Shown piece by piece: positions 1-9,754 of a DNA stretch of 64,000 nucleotides. The notes below the pieces were generated by a model. It had not been told where the DNA came from and made no database searches. It saw only the letters and a list, made by a program, of their open reading frames with translations. The translations under genes were made by a program, and so were the position numbers. The DNA comes from Alphaproteobacteria bacterium (GTDB lineage: Bacteria; Pseudomonadota; Alphaproteobacteria; UBA828; JAPUJA01). The stretch is from NCBI GenBank assembly GCA_963694715.1, contig CAVOEB010000005.1, positions 3,447-67,446 of the forward strand, written 5' to 3'. The stretch's first letter is position 1, and every line of letters starts with the position of its first letter.

Positions 1-108
1 GATACCGATGCGAATTGTGTTCTTTGCGCGCCCCCGATAGCCGCTCGCCCGGGAGAGAATTTTTTTGTGGCGGGCGTGCTTGGTGACGCCCCGCTTGACC
101 CGTGCCAT
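1..108 (-). CDS. rplT: 50S ribosomal protein L20, N-terminal part (runs off the left edge)
   Basis: Reverse-strand translation from the ATG at 108 reads [36 protein letters not shown], the canonical L20 N-terminus. It lies immediately downstream of rpmI. Confidence 0.9.
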   Translation of the reverse strand, partial: MARVKRGVTKHARHKKILSRASGYRGRAKNTIRIGI

Positions 109-120
109 GGCGTCTCTCCT

Positions 121-321
121 TTACCGGTGATAAGGCAAATATTTAAGGACGATGCGCCGATCCGACGCGGCCATGACCGCAGTCCGCCGCTGGGCGCGCT
201 TCACCTTTTTTGCCTTCTTCGCGAGGAAATGCCGATGGCCGGCATGATTGCGCAGGATCTTGCCCGACCCCGTGACGCGGAAACGCTTCTTGGCGCCGCT
301 CTTGCTCTTGAGCTTAGGCAT
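121..321 (-). CDS. rpmI: 50S ribosomal protein L35
   Basis: ORF 121..387 contains MPKLKSKSGAKKRFRVTGSGKILRNHAGHRHFLAKK. Start trimmed to the internal ATG (complement of cat at 319-321), giving the usual 66-aa L35. Confidence 0.9.
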   Translation of the reverse strand: MPKLKSKSGAKKRFRVTGSGKILRNHAGHRHFLAKKAKKVKRAQRRTAVMAASDRRIVLKYLPYHR

Positions 322-493
322 TTTTTCCACCTCCTGTCCCGCCGAAGCAGGAAACTTTAAGACACGCGGGACGGCTGGGCATGCCATGGGCCGGACCGTC
401 CAAATGAGAAGGCCGGGTTATAGCGAGGGACGGTTAGTAATGCAAGGCTTACGCACGCATCGCACGCACGCGGCTGGTGGAAGAATTGAGCGC

Positions 494-913
494 TCAGGCG
501 TCTTCTTCGACGGGAACGCTGACGCGGAGCCAGTGGTTAATGCGCTGGCGTAGGCGACCGGGGGTAAACGGTTTTATCACATAGTCGTTGCCCTGTGCGC
601 CCAGACCGCGCGCCACGTCCTCGGGACTGTTGAGCGCGGTCAGGAAGATGATCGGCGCGCGCAGCAGGGGAAGTTCCTGGCGAATCCGGCGGCACGCCTC
701 GTAGCCGTCCATTTCCGGCATCATGACGTCGAGCAGAATGAGCTTCGGACTGACGCGATAGAGCAGGCGCAATTCATCGGTGCCGTTGGTCGCGCCGAGA
801 AAGGTATGGCCCATGACCTCTACGATTTCCCGGATCAGGCGCATGTTCACGGCATCGTCATCGACACCCATGATGAGGGAACCGGTTCGGGGCGCGGAGC
901 TCTCGGTTTGCAC
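494..913 (-). CDS. Single-domain CheY-like response regulator (receiver only)
   Basis: 139 aa with an acidic pocket VDDD, phospho-acceptor context LILLDVMMPEMDG and a conserved Lys in VIKPF. There is no output domain. GTG start at 913. Confidence 0.85.
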   Translation of the reverse strand: MQTESSAPRTGSLIMGVDDDAVNMRLIREIVEVMGHTFLGATNGTDELRLLYRVSPKLILLDVMMPEMDGYEACRRIRQELPLLRAPIIFLTALNSPEDVARGLGAQGNDYVIKPFTPGRLRQRINHWLRVSVPVEEDA

Positions 914-1112
914 ATCTTCATACCCCTTGGACGCGCATAGCGAGACTGGGTGCCGGGTTGCACGAACAGGCCTTGGCCCCTCAACCCACCAACCACGTCT
1001 CCACGCTAGCGGCCAAAGGTTAGAAAGTCCGGAATCGTCGCTAAGACTTTCGCGCTAAATCACAGAAAATCCAGCAGCCTCTAAAACCCGGAGTCCGGCC
1101 AGGACCCGCCGG

Positions 1113-1628
1113 CTATTTTCGGGTCACTACCATGGTCATCTGGCGGCCTTCAAGCTTGGGCATTTGCTCAACCTTGGCCAAGCCCTCCAGATCCGATCCT
1201 ACCCGATTGAGGACATCCATGCCGCGCTCCTGATGGGCCATTTCCCGGCCACGAAAGCGCAGGGTCACCTTGACCTTGTCCCCGTCGTTAAGAAATCGGA
1301 CGATGTTGCGCATCTTGACCTCGTAATCCGCCGTCTCGATGCCCGGGCGCATCTTGATTTCCTTAACCTCGATGATTTTTTGCTTCTTGCGGGCTTCGTT
1401 GGCGCGCTTCTGGGCCTCATACTTGAAGCGGCCGTAATCCATGATCTTGCACACGGGCGGCGCCGCGTTGGGTGAAATTTCGACAAGATCAAGACCAATA
1501 TTGGAAGCCATGCCAACGGCCTCCTCGGTTTCGACCACCCCGCGATTCTCCCCGGTTTCATCGATGAGTCGCACTTGCGGCGTTGTGATGAACTCATTGG
1601 TGCGCGGCCCGTCGCGTGAGGGGGGCAC
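1113..1628 (-). CDS. infC: Translation initiation factor IF-3
   Basis: 171 aa containing [18 protein letters not shown]-type N-domain and [17 protein letters not shown]...[15 protein letters not shown]-domain sequence. It sits between thrS and rpmI. The exact start is uncertain because IF-3 often uses atypical start codons. Confidence 0.9.
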   Translation of the reverse strand: MPPSRDGPRTNEFITTPQVRLIDETGENRGVVETEEAVGMASNIGLDLVEISPNAAPPVCKIMDYGRFKYEAQKRANEARKKQKIIEVKEIKMRPGIETADYEVKMRNIVRFLNDGDKVKVTLRFRGREMAHQERGMDVLNRVGSDLEGLAKVEQMPKLEGRQMTMVVTRK

Positions 1629-1697
1629 CGTCGACGTATGTCTAACTATCCAACCAACTCCTTCTCCATTGAGGCCCGAAGCACTCCTCGGCTCGCC

Positions 1698-3608
1698 TTA
1701 TATCGCTGGGCTCGCTGCTTCGCGGACAAGAATATCGACCGCCTCATCGAGCGCAAGCGATTCTTGGTCCTTGGTTCCCAGGCGGCGCAGCGAAACGCTA
1801 CGTTCGTCGACCTCGCGTTTCCCAATAGCCATAATAACTGGCACCTTGACCACGGAATGGCGACGAACCTTGTAGCCGATTTTTTCATTCTCGCTGTCGA
1901 GCACGACGCGCAACCCGGCGCGACCCAGCCTGTCTGCGACTTCGCGAGCGTAATCGTTGCTCTCGTCGGTGATCGTCGCAACGACGACCTGGGTCGGGGC
2001 GAGCCAGAGCGGAAACTTGCCCGCGTAGTGTTCGATCAGAATGCCCGTGAAGCGCTCGAGCGAACCCAGGATCGTCCGATGGAGCATAACCGGTCGATGC
2101 TTCGCGCCATCCTCGCCGACGTAGGACGCGTCGAGCCGCTCGGGGAGGACGAAATCGACCTGGAGCGTGCCACACTGCCACTCGCGGCCGATGACGTCGC
2201 GCAGCACGAACTCGAGCTTGGGGCCGTAGAACGCGCCCTCGCCGGGATTAAGCGAATAGTCGAGCCCCGCCTCTTCGCAGGCTTTTTTCAAAGCCGCTTC
2301 GGCGCGATCCCAGACCTCGTCGCTGCCGGCGCGGACCTCGGGCCGATCGGCGAACTTGACGTGGACGTCCTCGAAGCCGAGGTCTGCGTAGATCGAGCGT
2401 AAGAGATCGCAGAAATCCTTCGTCTCCGGCGTGATCTGGGCCTCGGTACAGAAAATATGGGCATCGTCCTGGGTAAAGGCGCGAACCCGCATCAGGCCGT
2501 GCAGCGCGCCCGAAGGCTCGTTGCGCATGCAGGCGCCAAATTCGGCCATGCGCAAGGGCAAATCGCGATAGCTTTTCACACCCTGGCGGAAAATTTGGAC
2601 ATGGCAAGGGCAGTTCATCGGCTTGAGCGCCAAAACTCGTTCTTCGGATTCCGCGGTGAACATATGCTCGCGGAATTTCTCCCAATGGCCGGAGTCTTCC
2701 CATAACGCGCGATCGACGAGCTGCGGTGTATTGACCTCGATATAGCCCGCACCCTCCAGCCGGCGCCGGACGTAAGCCTCGAGGATCAGGTAGAGCGTCC
2801 AGCCCTTGGGATGCCAGAACACCGAGCCCGCGGCCTCTTCCTGGAAATGGAACAGCTCCATGTCGCGGCCCAGCCGCCGGTGATCGCGCTTCTCCGCCTC
2901 TTCGAGGCGGGTCAGGTAGGCCTTAAGCTGTCTTTCGTCGGGCCAGGCGGTGCCGTAGATGCGCTGGAGCATTACGTTGCGAGAATCGCCCCGCCAGTAA
3001 GCCCCGGCCAGCTTGAGCAGCTTGAACGCGCCGACGCGGCCCGTAGACGGTAAATGCGGCCCGAGGCATAGATCGACGAACGCGCCCTGACGATAGAGCG
3101 TAATTTCCTCGTCGACCGGCAGGTCGGAGATTAGCTCCGCCTTGTAATACTCGCCGATGCTCTTGAAATACTCGATCGCCTCGTCGCGCTGCCAGACCTC
3201 GCGCTCGATCGCTTCATCGCGCTCTACGATCTCGCGCATCCGCACCTCGAGGGTCTCGAGGTCATCGGGCGTAAACGGCTCGTCACGGGCGAAATCGTAG
3301 TAAAACCCATTCTCGATCGCGGGGCCGATGGTCACCTGGATATTGGGGAACACCTCCTTGGCGGCTTCCGCGAGGATATGCGCCGAATCGTGGCGCAGCA
3401 ATGCGAGCCCGTCTTCGTCCTTGACCGTGATGATTTCGATGGCGGCATCGTTCTCGATCGCGCGCGCGAGGTCCCACAGCGCGCCATCGACGCGCACGGC
3501 CAGCGCGGCCTTGGCCAGGCCGGGGCCGATCGCCGCCGCGATCTCCGTGCCTGTTACGGGACCATCGAACGACTTCGTGCTGCCATCAGGAAGTGTTATC
3601 GCGACCAT
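1698..3608 (-). CDS. thrS: Threonine--tRNA ligase
   Basis: 636 aa with a TGS-domain N-terminus ([20 protein letters not shown]), class II core motifs, an anticodon-binding C-terminus, and synteny with infC. Confidence 0.95.
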   Translation of the reverse strand: MVAITLPDGSTKSFDGPVTGTEIAAAIGPGLAKAALAVRVDGALWDLARAIENDAAIEIITVKDEDGLALLRHDSAHILAEAAKEVFPNIQVTIGPAIENGFYYDFARDEPFTPDDLETLEVRMREIVERDEAIEREVWQRDEAIEYFKSIGEYYKAELISDLPVDEEITLYRQGAFVDLCLGPHLPSTGRVGAFKLLKLAGAYWRGDSRNVMLQRIYGTAWPDERQLKAYLTRLEEAEKRDHRRLGRDMELFHFQEEAAGSVFWHPKGWTLYLILEAYVRRRLEGAGYIEVNTPQLVDRALWEDSGHWEKFREHMFTAESEERVLALKPMNCPCHVQIFRQGVKSYRDLPLRMAEFGACMRNEPSGALHGLMRVRAFTQDDAHIFCTEAQITPETKDFCDLLRSIYADLGFEDVHVKFADRPEVRAGSDEVWDRAEAALKKACEEAGLDYSLNPGEGAFYGPKLEFVLRDVIGREWQCGTLQVDFVLPERLDASYVGEDGAKHRPVMLHRTILGSLERFTGILIEHYAGKFPLWLAPTQVVVATITDESNDYAREVADRLGRAGLRVVLDSENEKIGYKVRRHSVVKVPVIMAIGKREVDERSVSLRRLGTKDQESLALDEAVDILVREAASPAI

Positions 3609-3680
3609 CGCCTGAATCTTTGTCCGCCTATGGTTAACAAAGGTTGAGGAGGCGGCACTCTATCGTCACGCCGCCCCCTG

Positions 3681-4622
3681 TCAACGCTCCGCCCCCGATC
3701 CGCCGCGCCGCGCCATCGCACGCTCGACCTCGTCCACCGCCAGCGCCGCCAGGTCGTCGACACGGATTAGCTCAACTGCCGGGCCTCTTGGGCGGCTAAG
3801 CACGGGATCGGACTCGCTTGAAAACAGCACCAGCGCCGGGCATCCCACCGCGGCGATCAAATGCATCGGCCCGGTGTCGTTGCCCAGTGCCGCCTCGGCG
3901 CGGCGCGCAAGAGCCGCGATCTCAGCAAGGCCGGTGCTTCCTGCGAGGCTGACGACGCCCGGCACTTCGGCAACCAGGGCGTCAAGAACGGCGCGTTCCG
4001 TTTCGGTCCCCAGCAGCACGGGCTGAACGCCACGGGCCAGAAGACGGCGCGCAAGCTCGCCGTAGGCGGCTGCAGGCCAACGCTTGGCGGGGCGATGGGC
4101 GGCGCCACCGGGAACCAGCAGCACGAACCGCCCGTCCAGAACGAAGGGGGCGATATCGGCATCGAGCCAGGCGAGGTCGGGCCGCGGCACGTCCGCGATT
4201 CCAGCCATCGCGAGCTGCTCGGCCTGGCGCTCGACGGTATGCATCCGGTCGCGTTCGGGATTCGCGTGGGGGTGCGAGCAGCCGGGCGCGATGCCCGACC
4301 ATTCAGGCCGTTGGCCGCGCGCAAACAATCGGAAATAGGCGGTCGAACGGTCGGAGGTCTGGAGGTCGTAAACCCGCGAGATTCCCTCCGCCCGCAGCCG
4401 CCGCCGGAACTCCAGCCAGGCCCCGATCTGAAACAGCGATGGGCGAAAATCGGTCCAGACCTCGTCGAACCAACCGCTCGTCCGGGCCAGCTCGGCATAG
4501 GGCGCTGTCGTCAGCAGGGTAATGTGGTCGGCCGCGTGATGGCGCCGAATCGCCTGGAATGGCCCGAGGGCGAGAATTACGTCCCCCAGCGCGCTGAGCT
4601 TTATGACGAGAATTCGCGTCAC
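3681..4622 (-). CDS. Glycosyltransferase family 9 (LPS heptosyltransferase-like)
   Basis: 313 aa with N-terminus MTRILVIKLSALGDVILALGPFQAI and C-terminal GNDTGPMHLIAA, both typical of ADP-heptose:LPS heptosyltransferases. Confidence 0.8.
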   Translation of the reverse strand: MTRILVIKLSALGDVILALGPFQAIRRHHAADHITLLTTAPYAELARTSGWFDEVWTDFRPSLFQIGAWLEFRRRLRAEGISRVYDLQTSDRSTAYFRLFARGQRPEWSGIAPGCSHPHANPERDRMHTVERQAEQLAMAGIADVPRPDLAWLDADIAPFVLDGRFVLLVPGGAAHRPAKRWPAAAYGELARRLLARGVQPVLLGTETERAVLDALVAEVPGVVSLAGSTGLAEIAALARRAEAALGNDTGPMHLIAAVGCPALVLFSSESDPVLSRPRGPAVELIRVDDLAALAVDEVERAMARRGGSGAER

Positions 4623-5785
4623 GCCGCCGGGGAGGAGCCAAGCAGCTCGCGGTAGACCTCAAGCGTGCGGGCGCACATTGTCTCGACCATGTAATTTTCG
4701 CGGACACCCTCGATCGAGCGATCGGCCATGCGGGTCCGGGCCTCGAGATCGAGATCGAGAGCCCGCGCCAGCCCTTGCGCCAGCTCGTCGGCCGAGCCGG
4801 GCGTCACGAGCCAGCCGGTCTCGCCCGGTATCACCGTTTCGCAAGCACCGCCGTGATTGGTTGCGACCATTGGCCGGCCCATGGCCTGTGCCTCGATGAT
4901 CGTGCGGCCGAAGGACTCCGGTTTGATCGACGCCGAGACCACGACATCGGCCAGCATGTAGGCCGCCGGCATATCGGCGCAAACCCCGACGATGCGAACC
5001 GACCCGGCCAGGCCCAGCGCCACGATCCGCGCCTCGAGCCGTTCGCGCACGCCGGCATGCTGCAGGTCCTCGCCAACCAGGATGCAATAGGTGTCGTTGC
5101 GCGCCAGTTTCGCCATGGCGTCGATCATGGTCTCCTGGCCCTTCCACGTACTAAGCCTGCCGGGCAACATGACGACGAAAGCGCCGTCCGGCAGCCGCCA
5201 GCTATTGGCCAGCGTCGCGATGCGGCCCTGGCTGACCGCGGCGGGGTCGAACTTGGTGACGTCTACCCCGCGCGGGATCATGCGCAGGCGCTCAGTGTCC
5301 GCGTCGTATCGCTCGATGACGTGGCTCCAGATAAACTGCGAAGTGATTATCACCCGCTCGCCCCGAAGCATGACTGAGTTATAGAGACGCTTGGCCGCCC
5401 CACCGCCAAAATAGGTGCCGTGATAGGTGGTGAGAAAACGCGCGCCTGTTCGCCGCGCGGCGAACAGGCCGCTCCAGGCTGGCGCACGGGAGCGAGCATG
5501 AACGATATCGACGCCCTCCGCGCGGATCAACGCGGTCAGGCGTTTGATGTTGGCATAGATGGTGAAGGGGTTCTTGCTCTGCAGCGGCAATTTGATATGC
5601 CGCCCGCCGATCCGCTTGAGCTGGTGTTCGAGCCCCCCGCCGGCGGAGGCCACCAGTGGGGTCCAGCCGGCAGCAGCAATCGCTTCGGCGATTTCGAGCG
5701 TGCCGCGCTCGACGCCGCCCGATTCGAATCGCGGCAGGATCTGAAGCACGACCGGCGGGCGCGTTTCCGCGAAGCCGTCCATCAT
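4619..5785 (-). CDS. Glycosyltransferase family 4 (GT-B fold)
   Basis: 388 aa. N-terminal ILPRFESGGVERGTLEIAEAI and C-terminal SASIKPESFGRTIIEAQAMGRPMVATNHGGACETV (E-x7-E region). 4-nt overlap with the GT9 gene. Confidence 0.8.
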   Translation of the reverse strand: MMDGFAETRPPVVLQILPRFESGGVERGTLEIAEAIAAAGWTPLVASAGGGLEHQLKRIGGRHIKLPLQSKNPFTIYANIKRLTALIRAEGVDIVHARSRAPAWSGLFAARRTGARFLTTYHGTYFGGGAAKRLYNSVMLRGERVIITSQFIWSHVIERYDADTERLRMIPRGVDVTKFDPAAVSQGRIATLANSWRLPDGAFVVMLPGRLSTWKGQETMIDAMAKLARNDTYCILVGEDLQHAGVRERLEARIVALGLAGSVRIVGVCADMPAAYMLADVVVSASIKPESFGRTIIEAQAMGRPMVATNHGGACETVIPGETGWLVTPGSADELAQGLARALDLDLEARTRMADRSIEGVRENYMVETMCARTLEVYRELLGSSPAA

Positions 5786-5844
5786 GCTATGATCGGACCT
5801 CTTCGACGACCGCCAACCAGCCCTATCACCCGACCGTCCTTGTC

Positions 5845-6630
5845 ATGCCGCACAACACGTCCACAGATTCCAAGGTGAGCCCGCACCGCCGCCTCGCTCG
5901 TGGCGACGGGTGCAACATCGCCTATCACGCTTCTCCTGGCGAGTCACCCGGCGTCGTGTTCCTGGGCGGCTTTATGTCTGATATGGCCGGCACCAAGGCC
6001 GTCGCACTCGAGACCCACTGCCGGGCCCAGGCGCGCGCCTTCGTCCGCTTCGACTATCAGGGTCACGGCGCTTCGAGTGGCGAATTTCTTGACGGCACGA
6101 TCGGCGGCTGGGCCTCGGATGCCGTTGCCGTGCTCGATACTCTGACCAAGGGTCCGCAGATCCTGGTCGGCTCGAGCATGGGGGGCTGGATCATGCTGCT
6201 GGCGGCGTTGGCGCGCCCCGGCCGGGTGAGCGGCCTGCTCGGTATTGCGCCGGCACCCGATTTCACCGAGGACCTCATGTGGCAGGAGTTCGAACCTGAA
6301 ACCCGCGACGCCCTGTTGCGCGACGGCATGGTCGAATTGCCGTCGAATTATGGCGACGGCCCTTACCTCATCGCCCGCGGGTTGATCGAAGAGGCCCGCG
6401 CCCACCTGCTGCTGCGCGCGCCCATCGCGCTGGCCTGCCCGGTCCGGCTGATCCAGGGCATGGCCGACGATGCGGTGCCGTGGGAGACGTCAATCCGTTT
6501 GGCCGAGAGGCTGCAGAGCCCCGACGTGACCGTGAGCCTGGTCAAGCATGCCGGGCACCGGTTCTCGGAGCCGCCCGAGATCGCCCGAATTACGGCGGCG
6601 CTCGACGAGCTGACCGGCGAAATAATCTGA
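5845..6630 (+). CDS. Alpha/beta-fold hydrolase
   Basis: Start trimmed to the ATG at 5845 (MPHNTSTD...). Nucleophile elbow GSSMGG and a C-terminal catalytic His context (HAGHRF). Confidence 0.75.
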   Translation: MPHNTSTDSKVSPHRRLARGDGCNIAYHASPGESPGVVFLGGFMSDMAGTKAVALETHCRAQARAFVRFDYQGHGASSGEFLDGTIGGWASDAVAVLDTLTKGPQILVGSSMGGWIMLLAALARPGRVSGLLGIAPAPDFTEDLMWQEFEPETRDALLRDGMVELPSNYGDGPYLIARGLIEEARAHLLLRAPIALACPVRLIQGMADDAVPWETSIRLAERLQSPDVTVSLVKHAGHRFSEPPEIARITAALDELTGEII

Positions 6631-6648
6631 GCCCGGCCCGCGCACGCC

Positions 6649-7281
6649 ATGCCCCCATCCCCGACCCGCAATGATCTCATACGCGCCAATGCCGTCGCGA
6701 TTCTTCTGGCCGCCCTCGCCGGTGCGCTCGTTCATTATTTTGACGCCGGCAACAACGGGGGCCTGCGCCCGCTCGCGACGCTGAGCGCGCTTAGCGACGG
6801 CCGCGCGGTGCCCGATATCCTTCTCCTCGACGACCCCATCGCACCGCCGCCGCTGGCCTTCAAAATTGAACCGGGGGGCTTGATCAAGCTCTCCAGTTTT
6901 CGGGGTAGGGTCACCCTGGTCAACCTGCGGGCGACCTGGTGCGGCCCTTGCCGTGACGAGCTGCCAGCGCTTGATCGCCTCCAGACGCGTCTCGGTGGCG
7001 CTGACTTCGAGGTCGTTGCTATCGCTCTCGACGACAGTGACGGCGGAGCGATCCTCGACTACTTCGAAGCGGCGCAGATCGGTTCGCTCGACGTCTATAT
7101 CGATCCCGAGTTTGCCCTGCTCTCAGCGCTTCAGGTGCCGGGGCTGCTGGCGAGCTTACTGCTCGATCATGACGGGCGCATCGTCGCCCGCCTCTACGGC
7201 GCTCACAGCTGGGACCGCAGACCGGTCATCGATTTTCTCGATCGTTACGTCGCCCGAAGCCTGGCGGCGGGCAGCGGCTGA
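6649..7281 (+). CDS. TlpA/ResA-like periplasmic thiol:disulfide oxidoreductase
   Basis: 210 aa with an N-terminal membrane anchor and a thioredoxin-fold WCGPC active site (RATWCGPCRDELPAL). Adjacent to ccdA. Confidence 0.85.
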   Translation: MPPSPTRNDLIRANAVAILLAALAGALVHYFDAGNNGGLRPLATLSALSDGRAVPDILLLDDPIAPPPLAFKIEPGGLIKLSSFRGRVTLVNLRATWCGPCRDELPALDRLQTRLGGADFEVVAIALDDSDGGAILDYFEAAQIGSLDVYIDPEFALLSALQVPGLLASLLLDHDGRIVARLYGAHSWDRRPVIDFLDRYVARSLAAGSG

Positions 7282-7293
7282 GGCGCGGACGCC

Positions 7294-8025
7294 ATGGCAG
7301 ACATCGGCGTCATCGGTGCCTTTCTGGCGGGGCTCATTTCATTTCTTTCGCCCTGCGTGCTGCCGCTGGTGCCGGGGTATGTCTCCTACGTCGCCGGTGA
7401 GGAACTGGGCGACCTCGCGGCCCAGGGCCTGACACGCCGGCGGCTATCGGCGCTTCTGCTGGCCTGCTTCTTCGTCCTCGGCTTCTCCGCCGTATTCATC
7501 GCGCTCGGTGCCAGCGCCAGCGCGATCGGCGAATTCCTGCTGACGCGCCGCTACGAGCTCAACCTCGTCGCCGGCGCCGTCGTGATCCTGTTCGGCCTTT
7601 ATCTCATGGGGCTCCTGCGACTGGGTTGGTTCAACCGCGAGATGCGCTTCGGCCAGCGCCTCGCCGGCGGCCATCCGGCCGGCGCCTTTCTTCTCGGCGT
7701 CGCCTTCGCCTTCGGCTGGACCCCCTGCATCGGCCCGGTGCTGGGTGTCATTTTGACCATGAGTGCGACCCAGGAAAACATCAGTGGCGGGGTCGTGCTG
7801 CTGGCCTTTTACTCGGCGGGCCTTGGAATTCCGTTCCTTTGCGCCGCGGCCTTTACCGGCTGGTTTCTCCGCCGGGTGCGCTGGCTGACCCGCTACAGCC
7901 GTGCGATACAGATCGCTGCTGGAGTCATTCTTGTGCTCATGGGTGGCGCCATGATCACCGGCTGGCTATCAAGCTTCGCCTTCTGGATTCTCGATCGGTT
8001 GCCGTTCCTGGCCGAGATCGGTTAG
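7294..8025 (+). CDS. ccdA: Cytochrome c biogenesis protein CcdA (DsbD-like membrane thiol reductant transporter)
   Basis: 243 aa polytopic protein with the two conserved Cys contexts, FLSPCVLPLVPGY and WTPCIGPVLG. Confidence 0.85.
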   Translation: MADIGVIGAFLAGLISFLSPCVLPLVPGYVSYVAGEELGDLAAQGLTRRRLSALLLACFFVLGFSAVFIALGASASAIGEFLLTRRYELNLVAGAVVILFGLYLMGLLRLGWFNREMRFGQRLAGGHPAGAFLLGVAFAFGWTPCIGPVLGVILTMSATQENISGGVVLLAFYSAGLGIPFLCAAAFTGWFLRRVRWLTRYSRAIQIAAGVILVLMGGAMITGWLSSFAFWILDRLPFLAEIG

Positions 8026-8903
8026 GCGCGCCCCTCGCCCGCCGCGGCCAAAGCGCGCAACCCCGCCTCGTAATCGGGATAGGCAAGGCTCACGCCGAGC
8101 TCGGCCTTGATGCGCTCGTTCCGCACGCGCCGATTGTCGGCGTAAAAACTCCGCGCCATGCCGGAAAGCTCCGCATCGTCGTACGAAATCGCCGGCGGCG
8201 GCGTAATACCCAGCAGCTCGCAAGCATACGTTATGACCTCGTCGGCAGGTGCTGGGCGATCGTCGCAGACATTGTAGACGGCGCCCGGATCGGGGCGTGC
8301 CATCGAGGCCCGCAGGGTCGTCACGATGTCGTCGCGGTGAATACGTGAGAACAGCTGACCGGGTTTGACGATCCGCCTGGCCTCGCCGCGCGCCGCTTGA
8401 ACCAGAGGGTTGCGCCCAGGTCCGTAGATTCCGGCCAACCGGAAAACGTGGACCGGTAGGCCGAAGCCGTGCCACAGATCGAGCCAACGGTCCTCCGCCA
8501 CCACTCGCCGGGTGCCGCGCTCGCTGCTGGGCGCACAAGGCGCGCTCTCGTCGACCCAGGCGCCCTGGGTATCGCCATAGACGCCGGTGGTCGAGAGGTA
8601 GCCCGCCCAGGTGAGCTGTTCTAGCCGAGCGAGATCGAAGAAATGCCAGTCGATGACCGAATCGCCGTCGCTATCGGGCGGCACGGAGCTGAGCAGGTGG
8701 GTTACGTCGACGAGAATGTTCGGCTTCAGGGGGTTTGTCCTATCGAACGCCACGACGCTCACGCCGTCGGGCGGTGGCGGCAGACTTTCGGCGGGCCGCT
8801 GGGTCGCCGTAATCCGCCAGCCTTCGGCCAAGGCGGCCTTGGCCATCGCCCGCGCCGTGAAGCCGAGACCAAAGCAGAAAAGATGAGGCGTCGAATCGGG
8901 CAT
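8022..8903 (-). CDS. NAD-dependent epimerase/dehydratase family (extended SDR) protein
   Basis: Start trimmed to the ATG at 8903 (MPDSTPHLFCFGLGFTARA). Contains YGDTQGAWVDE and LAGIYGPGRN motifs typical of this family. Confidence 0.7.
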   Translation of the reverse strand: MPDSTPHLFCFGLGFTARAMAKAALAEGWRITATQRPAESLPPPPDGVSVVAFDRTNPLKPNILVDVTHLLSSVPPDSDGDSVIDWHFFDLARLEQLTWAGYLSTTGVYGDTQGAWVDESAPCAPSSERGTRRVVAEDRWLDLWHGFGLPVHVFRLAGIYGPGRNPLVQAARGEARRIVKPGQLFSRIHRDDIVTTLRASMARPDPGAVYNVCDDRPAPADEVITYACELLGITPPPAISYDDAELSGMARSFYADNRRVRNERIKAELGVSLAYPDYEAGLRALAAAGEGRA

Positions 8904-8977
8904 GGCAGGCGGGTGCTTCTCGTGGGAGCGGCACACGGGGCTTGCACAAGCCCCGCGGGACGCTGACTCTAGCCGCC

Positions 8978-9754
8978 ATGAGCGTGCTTTCACAACCCGC
9001 CCGTCTTCTGGCCCTCGCCATGTTTGCCGTCGGCCTGCTCGTTCTGAGCTACGGCCCGGCCCGGGCCGACGGCTACGGCGATTGCGTCGCCTTGGTCGAG
9101 ATCGACGCCGACGCCGCCTTCGACGCGGCCACCGCGTGGCGCGACCTGGGCGGCGGCGAGCCAGCGCGCCACTGTGCCGCGCTGGCCCTGGTCGGGCTTG
9201 AACTCTACGCGGAGGCCGCCGAACGCTTTGAGGCGCTTGCTCTCGACATGACTACTGCGCCATCCGACGTCCGCGCCCGCGTGCTCGCCCAGGGCGGCCA
9301 GGCACGCATCGCCGCGCAAGACTACCCGGGCGCGGTGGCTACTCTTTCCGCCGCTCTGGAGCTCGCCCCAGACGACGCCGAGCTTTTCGTCGACCGGGCC
9401 CAGGCGCTCGCCGGGGCAGCCAACTACTTTCCCGCGATCGACGACCTCGACCAGGCCATCGAACTGGTCCCCGGTCATATCGATGCGCGCGTGTTCCGCG
9501 CCACCGCCTATCGGATGGTCGACGCGCCCGAGCTTGCACGCAAGGATCTCGATGTCGCGCTCGCCGCGGAGCCCGGTCATATCGACGCACTGCTGGAGAG
9601 AGGAAATCTTCGCCGCCTCCAGGGCGATGCGTTGGGCGCGCGGGCCGACTGGCTCGCGATCCTGCTGCACGCGCCCGACGGTCCAGCGGCCGACGCCGCG
9701 CGGCTTAACCTCGAGCAGCTCGACCTGAACCCCGAGGTCGTTCAGACGCCCTGA
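8978..9754 (+). CDS. Secreted TPR-repeat protein
   Basis: Start trimmed to the ATG at 8978. Signal peptide MSVLSQPARLLALAMFAVGLLVLSYGPARA followed by repeated A/L-rich TPR-like units. Confidence 0.65.
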   Translation: MSVLSQPARLLALAMFAVGLLVLSYGPARADGYGDCVALVEIDADAAFDAATAWRDLGGGEPARHCAALALVGLELYAEAAERFEALALDMTTAPSDVRARVLAQGGQARIAAQDYPGAVATLSAALELAPDDAELFVDRAQALAGAANYFPAIDDLDQAIELVPGHIDARVFRATAYRMVDAPELARKDLDVALAAEPGHIDALLERGNLRRLQGDALGARADWLAILLHAPDGPAADAARLNLEQLDLNPEVVQTP

